Shown here piece by piece: positions 41,601-52,900 of a stretch of 64,000 bases of DNA. A program made the translations under genes and the position numbers. The first letter of the stretch is position 1, and the number at the start of each line of letters is the position of its first letter. The stretch is from positions 17,608,001 through 17,672,000 of the forward strand of contig NC_047031.1 of the NCBI RefSeq assembly GCF_902652985.1, given 5' to 3'. The DNA comes from Pecten maximus. Lineage: Eukaryota. The notes beneath the pieces were generated by a model. The model saw nothing but the letters and a program-made list of their open reading frames with translations. It made no database searches and was not told the origin of the DNA.

Positions 41601-44062
41601 ATAAATGATATTATTCGAAATCACTTAGCGTAAATTAGCGCTAATCAACAACTTTAGAACGACGGTTATTTCTGTTTTAAATAAATGTGACGCAATTGAT
41701 TGTTGTTTGGTTCATTGTTGTTTTAATGTCATATTCACATAAAGACGTATTTTTATCAACATAGGTCACGTACACGTCACGTGCATGTATAAAACATTGG
41801 TAAGTAAGGTTTCTACAAAGCTTATAATGTTATATATAATTGTCGTATATGTATGCAAATAAAAGGTTAGCAGACTATTTAACCTAAATAGCATATTTAG
41901 CATGTTAATATGAAAATACTTCAACCAAAAAGGAAAAAAGGAAAATTCCAAAATATTCCTGAAAATTCAGGAGTGTCACATGTTTATATTTCACATAACA
42001 TTAAACTGTTTAGACACTATTTTCGACTTGTAAGGAATATAAAAAAGGAAATGTGTACATTTTCGTTCGAATGAGAATGTGACCGAACACCTTTTGTTAA
42101 CAAATAACAATTATTTACTTCTCTAACTTTTTGGGGAAACTAAATAAATATCCTAATTAAATTTTTCACGAAATTTCATAACAATAAAGTATTTAGATAT
42201 AAACATAGGGTAAAATGACAAACACATGTAACATAGGTATGTATACATTATATACGTATATAAATATTATATAAATTAATCAGTTATTATTGCACCAGTG
42301 AGAAAAGAGAACTACGGAAGTGATTAGCAACATTGGTATACAATGTTTATACGTACCGAAATATTCTACTTAACATCAAATTACATTTCTGTTTCCGGTA
42401 AATGGCAGGAAATAATTAATCGTGAGATATGTATTGGAGACATTATTTCCTGCAATGAACTCCAACAAAAATCTTGAATTCGCTCAATATTGAAACAAAA
42501 ATTACGAAAAATTCCAAATGATCTAAAATGCAATAACTAGTTAGATATTTAATACATTGGAATGGATATTTTTCATGGGGAATTTGAACGGTTCATGCTG
42601 GTTTCTACATGTAATTGAATGCGGGAAACTATTCCGCTTTAATTTGATGTTAACTCATAAAGGCAGTGATGGTTTTAGATGTAACGACAATCACTAATGT
42701 CTGTCAGGAAAAAAAGAAAGAAAAGATAAAAAAAAAAAAAAAAACACACGTCAACAGACTGGGGTACAGAATCACCAACAGTCCTGTGTCTTTGTAAAAT
42801 AAGATAAATATTTAATAAACCTATGGGAAAAAATGTGTAAATGTTTCACAGCTATGGTAAGCAGCTGATTGTTAAAAAAGAACTACTGTACATTTCGCCC
42901 TATGACAAATCATGTATGTTTTCCAATTGTTTAAAATTCGCTCTGACCTTTCATGAGAAGTTTACAGTAGAGAGTTGTGTAACGTTAGCTATATTGCGTC
43001 ATTCGCTCTCCTCTGTTTGGGCAGACATGGCGAAGGTTAAAAGATAGAGTATTTTTCCTGGTACTGAATTAACAGATAATTTGCTATAATATAAATATCC
43101 TTCAATCGGAATGGTCAACGTCCTTACCTCCACATGTCTTGCTTATAAGCACGTCAAATTCGCAGAAATTATTGGTGAAATTGAAATAATAGAATAATTA
43201 AAAATAAAAATCAAACATCAGATTTACATAAAAGGTTTTCAAGACTGATTAACGTTACGAAAGCAGGGTATCAGAAACCCATGGTAGTCAAAAGGATGGT
43301 CATTGAAATACATATAGAATATGAAGAATGCAAGCAAGACAAACGAACGGCAGCAAACAATATTGAAGAGAGAATTTTCTGCAGATGACAAAGATAGAAA
43401 TAGGATCAGACAGGGACACGGGAAACATGTGCAACATCTCTGATTAAATAGGACTATTATTACCCTCACCAATATACATTACTACTTAATAGAAACAGAT
43501 CATAACATTTGATATATGATTACACAATACATATTATTACTTATAAGAAACAGAGTATACCATACATTTTACGATTACATTAGACGTATACACCTACTAT
43601 ATAGAAACAGATCATAATATATATTATTCGGTCATATTATTCACACTTCTACTTTATAGAAACAGGCTATAACATATATTACCAAATGGCATTCGAATAC
43701 TTACTAGTATATAGTACACTATGGTTAAACCAAACATCACTATGACAACACTTCGAAGTGTTGAGAAATCACTACATACTTCCCGATAAAATCGGATCCA
43801 ATGATCAAATACTGACATATCTGAATGTCCGGTGTATACAAGTTGACGGATTACATGGTATTCGGTCTACACAATTTGTTATCAATACATTAGTATAATA
43901 TTATAATATTAAACACGTTAATAAATGTTAAAAAACAATGGACATAAAGCATTATTATTCGGTAGTCGGAGTACAATACTGGTAGAGAAAATAGTTAAGG
44001 CTAGTAAATATTATATCTAAGGCTCTCACCTTAAGGGCACATGTTCCTTATATCCTGAAACT

Positions 44063-44289
44063 TACTGTGAGGTTGGCAAACTTCACGGGACTTAAATTTC
44101 GCAGTTGTTCCAATCGGATCGAGTTTGCGGGAATTCAGTTTCTTACAAATGTAGATATATTGCGGTAAACACGTCTATATATCTTCTGGTATATATGATA
44201 ATATTCGTCGGGTGTTTATTTTTGCGCTATATTTAGTAACCGCGAATATAGAAAACTTTATCCCCGCAAATATTACCAACTAAACAGTA
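44063..44289. mobile_element. MITE with TACTGT...ACAGTA termini
   Basis: Imperfect terminal inverted repeats; CGCG-rich subterminal motifs like those at 61516. Confidence 0.55.
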
Positions 44290-44933
44290 TTTTAGAGAAA
44301 AATAACAACATCTATTTCCTTTCTTATTTGGCAATTCGGACTTACTTTAAATTCAATTACTTTGAGAACTCGACGAACAGATACAAAACACATATTTATA
44401 TATCAAAGTATTTTATGTGTCGTTTCAGAAGTCATATAAATCAAACTACTGTTTTAATTTAAAAAAATTTATATATATACATATATAAATATTGTACCTG
44501 CCTGAAATATGAGTTTTCATCATATCAAACCTAGGTAACAATTACATATAAAAAGTATCCCTGCATTTCTTGCTTTGTTTAATTCAGAAGCTTCGAATTT
44601 ATAATAACGAGACCCGTCTTCATGGAGTCTGATATAGATTTATTTGCCGCTTGGAAAAGTAAAAATGATAATAAGGAACAGGTACCCGTCAATCACATTT
44701 CTTTGAAATTCGGTAGATCATATCATCAACTGGGGTAAGAAACAATAGGACATTATATACCAACAATACATACAATAATTTGATTTTGACAAAAGATAAA
44801 TCGCCATGGATTCACTGAAGCCAACAATGGCAACGCGTTTTATATACAACATTATTTTGTCATTGTTTCTTTTAACTTTAAAAATGCTCCATTGATTTAT
44901 AGCAGTTCCATATGGATCATCTATTGTTAGAAA

Positions 44934-45112
44934 TACAGTCAAACCTCATTATCTTGAACTCTGATAACTCAAAGACCCTGCTTATTTCGAAATAAAAAAT
45001 CAATTCTGCCAGTTAAAATCATATAAAATGTATAAACTCGGTTACTTCGAATACTCTGGATATAAGTTTTAAAAAAACCGGATTGACTTCGAGATAACGA
45101 TGTTTCACTGTA
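44934..45112. mobile_element. Tc1/mariner (pogo/Tigger-like) MITE
   Basis: TA-CAGTCAAACCTCATTATCTTGAA ... TTCGAGATAACGATGTTTCACTG-TA: imperfect TIRs with TA duplication. Confidence 0.75.
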
Positions 45113-45748
45113 TAACGACACTGATTTAAAAAATAAACCTTGTTGTTGTCTATTGTAACTGAAAGATTTTCGCAAGTGAAGATTTTTCCTCGACACGTTT
45201 ACAAATTATCTGAAAATATTTCACAAATTAAAAAAAATATGTGCTAGGTCTACACATTGATTTTGATTCGGTTATGCTGAATAGTGCGTTAATTTTATTT
45301 ATCTTTATCGATTTGTCGTTTTAATATATATATATATACATATATATACATAATAATATATTAACATTGTTCACGAATGGTCTGTAAAACAATTCATCTG
45401 CATATGATTTATATCAAAATTAACAATTCTCCAGGTAGGATTGCTATTCGACAATCAAGCTCTTGTTTTACAATAAATCACTTTTTCTTGGCGGATCTTA
45501 TATTCGCGTTTACCCACACTATTTTTCGTTGGTGAATAAATTCTCTTGTGAATATTTTCCAAATGGGTATTTAAAAAGAAAAAAAATACTCGAACGGTAT
45601 GTCTTATCGCGAGAGTTTGTTTTCGAAGAAAATTTACAGAAAAATTGTGAATAAGATTCACGCAAAAAGAAAGTGATTTCAGTAACATTTCTTACATATC
45701 GTAACCTCACAGCACAGGGCAATGTTTTGATATGCTAAGATCTTCCAG

Positions 45749-45979
45749 AGCCCAGTTATTCAAAAGGTAATTAGCTTAATCACTTGTTAAGCGAAAATGT
45801 CATTTCACCTTTACTTCAATACCTGTGTATGTATATTCCTTAAAATAGGCAGGTAGGCAGAGACTGAGCTCTGTAATAGTCTCATAAAATTTTGTTATTT
45901 TTACCGAAAATGATTTTATCGGGATTCCAAAATAATTTTTAAACTGTGATTACCCTAATCACCTTTTGAACACTGGGCC
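45749..45979. mobile_element. MITE with GCCCAGT TIRs (possibly PIF/Harbinger-like)
   Basis: GCCCAGTTATTCAAAAGGTAATTAG ... CTAATCACCTTTTGAACACTGGGC; a related partial copy begins at 49451. Confidence 0.7.
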
Positions 45980-46843
45980 AAGTACGATAACGTAAAGAGC
46001 TATTTATATTTCCTTAACCTGTCTTATTACAGACGTACCGGAAGGCATATGACGTCACAGTAACACACGTATATAGGGATATGTTAATGTAAAAATGATT
46101 CGGTAGATCAGAACAAAAATGCTGATTGTAAGACAATCATAACAATCACATCACGTGACGCTTAATCATTAAACGCCGAACTGGACAAATACAACGTCCG
46201 GACATCAGTGGTCACTTACATTGACCACTATGACAAAACAATACTCACTTCGTTCTCTTATAATCCGTGTCTGGTTGTAATTAAGCACACAGTGTTAATA
46301 ACACATGTCGTTCTTGCAATGTTCAACGAGTACACTTTTAACATGAATAGTTCTTTCGTTCTTCAAAGGCAGCAGGGGATTTTATAACGTACAGCTCCGT
46401 CATCAGGATATTACCGTGACGGTGGCCATCATCCGCTTTTTGTGGCGCGTAGGTATATCGCGATGACGTCTGTTGCCTTTTTTGTCGTCCATATAGCCTC
46501 GTTGAAGTATCGCATACCTCCTTAACTTAAATCACAGTTTCATTCATTTCGGTAGATACAGAATACATTATAGCTGATAATAACTTTGGAATAAATGATT
46601 AGGATGCTCAATACAATTAAACATTTATGTTGAAAACTATATCCCAGTATTATTCTGCCATTACTAGGCGGCTATAGGACATATCTATAAGCAGGTTGTG
46701 CCTATAATATGTTCCCTACATTGGCCGGACGGACAGTCCGTCCTCTGTCGGTCCGCTATCGGAGCGCACGTGACTGGGCCTGTCACGGGGTTTCAGAGCG
46801 TCAAGAACATCAGTACATGTATTGACGTCATTTCCGGTCTGAT

Positions 46844-46948
46844 TTAACCCTGTGATATAACAGGCGGCCCCGTCCGGCGTGGCAAAAGTTTGATAAACAC
46901 ACCATTTCGTGGCGCCAGCATCGGTCTAAGAACAGAGGGCAGAGGGTC
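46844..46948 (-). CDS. P450 last coding exon (DPLPSVLRPMLAPRNGVFIKLLPRRTGPPVISQG*)
   Basis: Acceptor ttttgttttacag, phase 0, TAA at 46846-46844. Confidence 0.92.
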   Translation of the reverse strand, partial: DPLPSVLRPMLAPRNGVFIKLLPRRTGPPVISQG

Positions 46949-49900
46949 CTGTAAAACAAAAACAAAAAAAGAGCTGTTAGAAATATCAAGGAGATCCGAG
47001 TAAATAGGTCAAAGTCAGTATTGAAGTAAAAGGAGATCCGATGGAATAGGTCAAAATCAGAATTGAAGTCAGGAGAGATTCGAGAAAACAAGTCAAAATC
47101 AGTATCTTTTTAATGCATTTGTCAATTTGATTAAACCGTGTGAAATGCGTAAAAAGTTTGCTACCGAAATAATTAAAAGATATAATTTGTTGCTGCCGTT
47201 TTTACGTTAAATATGAAAATTGCAATTATTTACCTGTGTTTTACTACAGGGTACGATGACGTATTTCTGCAGTATTTTCACCATAGCTAATTTGACGAGC
47301 ATAATGCCGAACTTCATGCCCACGCAGATTCGTGGCCCCTGACCGAAGGGAATGAACATGTATGGGTGCCTCTCCCTCCTTGCAGCCGTGCTGAATCTAC
47401 GGAGTAGATAGATACTGACTTGTAAATAATTATTTAATATTATGTTAATGACATGTTAATCATATGTTAATGACATGTTAACATATAAATGTTCTGTTAA
47501 AGATATGTTAGTTGCATGTTAATGACATGTTAATATTATGTAAATGACATGGTTATGACACATGAAAGAAATGTTGATGTAATGTTAATGATGTTCGAAA
47601 CATGTTAATGATATACTGATTAAATATTGTTGACATGTACATATTAAGCGTGTTAATTAAATGTTAATGACATGTTAATGCTTAAAGCTGTATTATGAAG
47701 TCGAAACAATTAATATAGCCCACGGAAAAAAACAATCAAAAGTCAACAGAAACAACGGAAGTATCAAAAATCAGGTTGCCAACACAATCAACAAGTAAAC
47801 ACGTTCAAAATAAGAAACGAGGCAAGCATATGTAGTCCACACAAGATAAACCGTTTACAGACGAGCAGAGGAAGTATAAATGCACTCTTACTAATTTAAA
47901 AGATAATATATAAATAGAACTACAATACGTTCTGCACTTTATGTAATGACCCAACAGTACATGTGTTAATTTTTCAAACCGAAAGAACGAAACTCGACCT
48001 GCTTTTAGCGGTTCCTGAAGATAGGGCAATAAAGTGGACGGAATTGGCCCTGATAACGAACGTTACCACATCTGATGAATTCACGAACATATAGCGTCAA
48101 GACTTTGATAAAGAAAGAAGGCTTGCCACATACAGACGAAATGATAGCGTTCATTTTACAAGAGCTCTGTACTTTTCTCGATTGTAATGCTAAATGTAGT
48201 TAATGTGGATGGTCTTTCATCACCTACTTGTAAATTGACTTCAAACAAATCTTAACGAAAATTGGTTAAATTACGACCACTGTTTCATAGGAACATAGCA
48301 CGTGGAACTATAGATATTTAACTCGTTCTTTTATGCCAATTTGTTAGCGATTACCTGAATTATATCTAACAAATGACTGAACATCCTTCCTTTGTCATTT
48401 ATAGGCGATTAATATGACAGAGGTTTGCAGACAATAAAAATATTGAGTGTTAGCGGGGTGATTCAGTGCTTACGATTTTATTTCCTTCACGTTTTCAGTT
48501 CTTACGTAGAATTTTATTAGATTGAAAATAAGTAATTCAGTACTGATTGCATAATCCTTTTAGGGAGAACAGGAATGATCACGGTATATTGTCTAAGTCG
48601 CCGTTGCTATCTAATGAATTCAAACCCACATGTTATGCATGTTTTTTACAGTGAATTTATTAAACGTAGGAACGTGAATTTAAAAGGAACACGGAGCTAA
48701 ATGTTAACCATCTAGGATTAACTGATTACATTATCAGTAAAACAGCTTCGTGAAGGTAGCACGCGGTTTTTTCATTGTTTATCAACGTGTTAGGGGATTG
48801 GTAATATGTCCATGATAAACGACTTGCTTTTTAACAAAGGATAGGCCTAAAGGTTCTGGATATGATGGATACAATATCCAAAATGACTTCCTCAACGTAG
48901 TTCTCCAATAAACCATCAATCCTGCCTGTATTCATACATATAGTTTGTCAACGATGCACGTGGTCGCTATTTTTACCCTCGTCTAATATATAAGTATACT
49001 AGAGTATATATCATAGTGATAAAGGCAATTTGTCAATGAAACAAGACTCGCTATTTTTAACGTATGTGTAATGTAGACTAAAAGCTCACCTTTCAGGAAT
49101 GAACTTGTGTGGCTGAGGGAAACACTCCTCGTCCTCATAGAGTGTGTAGGCCATTACTCGAATCATCATCCCCTCTTTGAATTTTACGCCATTGATCGTA
49201 CAGTCCTTTGTACACATCCGCGCAGTTCTGAAAGACGAATTTGTAACATACTATTATTTGAACTGTAATAATGATATTCAAATTAGCATGTTTGACGTAA
49301 ACTGCATACATTTTATTGATAAAACTATATATATATCTACAAATGATTGAACGTTTGCCTAGAAAACAAATCTTATTTAACAAAATCACTGGCTATGCGC
49401 TATATATGACATTTATTTTTGTAATATGGCATTAAAAGGCGAACAGATCAGGCCCAGTTGTTATAATGGTGTTTGGCTAATACCAGTATAATAATAATTC
49501 AAAAATCCCGATGTAATCATTTTTGGTAAAGCTACATTTGACAACATTTTGTGAAACTGTAACACTTGCCAATTTCTAGCTAACTGTCTATTTTAAGGAA
49601 TTCAAACACACCGGTTTTCAAGGGGAAAATGAGGACACTATTGTCAGATTATGCGTTTATTGAAATTTTTAATTTCAATGTAGAAATTTTATATTTCATG
49701 TAAGAAAATTAGTTTTTATTATCATATTTTGTTTACCCCTAAATATTTAAGTTCTACATACTACTAGCTTTCATGAAAATGCAATGTTATTGTGCTTACC
49801 CCGGTGCGCATGGGTAGAGACGAAGGGCTTCGTTCATCACCATCTCCAAATACTCCATGCTTTTCAGGGCCGCTGCGGTTGGATGTTCCTAGAAGAGAAA

Positions 49901-52900
49901 AAAAAACGGGTAAGTAATTAAAAATAACACGCGACATATTTCTTAGGCTTGCACAGCAATAAACTTAAATACATAGATGGAATTTAATGGAAATGTTTTA
50001 AAACATGTTTTACGCCTGTAGAGAGCAGTTTTCGTATTATAATAGCACTCCGCTAAATTGTGAACGCGCTAATATAGTTTCTGTACTTTATTCTCTACGA
50101 CAGGTAATTTAGGTCCGCGAGCTGATTATTGCGCTTGCCTATTGAAATTCAGTCATGCGCAAAAAATTGCGTGTGCCATTATGTCCCGAGAAGAGTAGAT
50201 ATAGGCCTGTATCACATTCGTGTATGTATGACTACAGATTTTTCTGTCTGTATATGATAGTAAAATTAGACTAAAATCACGGCTTGTCTAATGTTGATTA
50301 TTCATTGAATATTTTCGAAAAAGACATGGACATCTTTCTGTTGCTTAGGAAACTAGTTGCCTTTTACGGACTTTACTTACATTGAGTCCGCATTGCCCGA
50401 AAACTTCGTCAAATGCTTTCTGTTGTTCTGGCTGGTTCATAGCGAGACAATGCACTATGAATTCGAGAGAGGCATTAAGAGTCCCGCTTCCTCCACCAAC
50501 CAGTGAATGCAGATGTGCAATGATCTCCTCGTCATCGAGTGACCGACGAGCCAATTTGCCCTCCTCATCGCGACTCCTGATTGTGCCATTGATAATGTGG
50601 TTGATGAGGTTGTCATTCATTTTCACCGAACTCTTTTCCTGCATCTAGAAATGAAAATAAAATATTGTTAAATAACCACACAGATAAAAGTAATTATTTT
50701 GCCTAATTGTTTCTTTTGAAAAGAATTTCTGTGGGTGGTGGACACTTTTATAGTGCTGTCACACTGAAACACTTACCTACACACTGAGACGTGACACCCT
50801 GACAAGTCATATAAAATAAACAATTTGATTTAAATATAAATTTAGCAGTAGTAGTCAGGAACAAAACCGCACTATACTGCTGTTTCATCCTTTTACATGG
50901 CACCAGCTATGTCATCAGTAAATGGCATTTTTCATTAGAACAATATAGCATATTGACATTAGAAAACAGTAATTGTAATTCAAAATCATTAAATGAGGGT
51001 AAACACGGACAAACATGAAGACTTGCATCGTGATCCTCGAAAAATACAAGATTACCTCTACGTGTTTCTATATGGCAAACTTCTTCTACATCATCGCATA
51101 TAAATATAGGTAAAACCGAGTAATGTCACCCCTTCCAAATGTGCACTAGGGTGGGGATGGAGTGGGATGGGACTTCCAGCGTTAGAATAGGTATTTCCCG
51201 AAGGTTCGAACACATCTATCTCCATACCACACAAGGAATGAGAATATTTTCAAATCTGATAGTGATATCATTTACAACATTTCCCCGTGGTTTCCATCTA
51301 TATAGGCAGGAGAAAAAGAAGAGAAAGGAAAACTTGTTACCTCAATCTCCTGTCTAGTGTTCTGTACAAGATTTCTCATCCTTTCTACGTGCGCCATATG
51401 GACACGCTTATGCTTGTAGTCAAAGATTTTCAGGAATGGGGTCAGGCTTCCGTAAACTCCTGCGGGAAGAATTTAACTAACTGTTATATATTGATGAGAA
51501 TATCTTTATTTCTGTAATACGTTTCTAAATCCAAAGATTATTTTTATTTATAAAAGGAATTTTTAGATTAAATCATAAATTATTATTATGAAAAGGTCTT
51601 GATTTAAAAAGTATTAATAAAAAATACCTAGAGATTGTATCAGATTTGCTTTGTATGATTTTAAAGTAATTATATTAGTGTCTTATCATAATGATGTTAT
51701 TTAAATTGCGTGCATGAATAATTCAATGACAAAACATCGTCAGTTGCTTCATTGGCATGGAATTACTTTCTTATGTAATAAGTAACCTTACTAGCAATTC
51801 CTGTTAAGGGGTTTTCTGTAGATGCAGCATCCAGAGTCTCCGTCATAAACTGGTAAAGAGTGGCATCGGAGTTGTCCATACTATTTACCTCATAGTTGAA
51901 TGCTGACAAGGCGAAGGCGTCCAACGTGAATCTGTCCAGCAATCTATCGGGGAAAGTAAGCAGAACTAATAAAAATCGGGGTATTGAGGAAAAGGGGTGA
52001 TAGCGAGGCGTGATGGATATCCCAGTTGCCTTCCACATAGGGTATCGAGGTTGTATGCCTAAATTGGTCGTGAAAAATTAATTACCAGATTACGAGATGT
52101 CATGTCGCTTTGAGATTTGCAAACAATTCCGTCATATTTGAGGTAAAGTGATAAATTTAAGCATTAATTGGGCTAAGCTTATAAGTTTTATATGGATAAA
52201 TCGGTCTGTAATCAAAACATAGTTTAGTTTCAAAACAATTGAACTGTCTTGCATTTTTAAAGCATTTATGTTTTCATAAAATTAGAAACATTTCAAATAC
52301 TAACAGATTGATATCATTAAGAACTTACGAGGCGATATTGAAACCATCTGGATTACTCTCAACCATCTTAGCAAGCTTTGCTAGGAAAATATCGGAGGTG
52401 GCCTTGATCTTCTCAACTGCCTGTAACATAGTATTATATATATATATATATATAATTATATCGATCAATAAATTACATAAATACAGCAAAAAATCTATCA
52501 GGAAAATAAAATCACAGATTTTAATTTCCTTTTATGCAGTAGATATGATAAGTCCCGAAATCGTATTCAGGGCGCCATCTTTCTGTTAACCCCTGGCCAC
52601 TTTTCCCGGTAAAATATGCACTGAAATTGCCCGTAAGTCGGGAACTACCAAGCAGGCACTGCCCTTAGATGATTAAATAGGTTGAGAGAATAGGGAAAAG
52701 TATATGCAACCCTGTGGCTTCTATCTTATTAACATATTGAGAGTAAGGTCATCTCAAAAACTAATCAGGTGAAATACGTCGTTAACAAGATCTGCATTTA
52801 AAATTACAAAACAAACTAAATACATTAGATGATGAAACCCACATGGCATAAAACGAAAGATATACGTGTTTACCAAGACATCTGGTATAATCCAAAAACT

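Noticed and set aside
50382-50648. Plus-strand 88-aa ORF (also 52239-52589 and 54115-54381)
   Set aside because: Antisense shadows of P450 exons.
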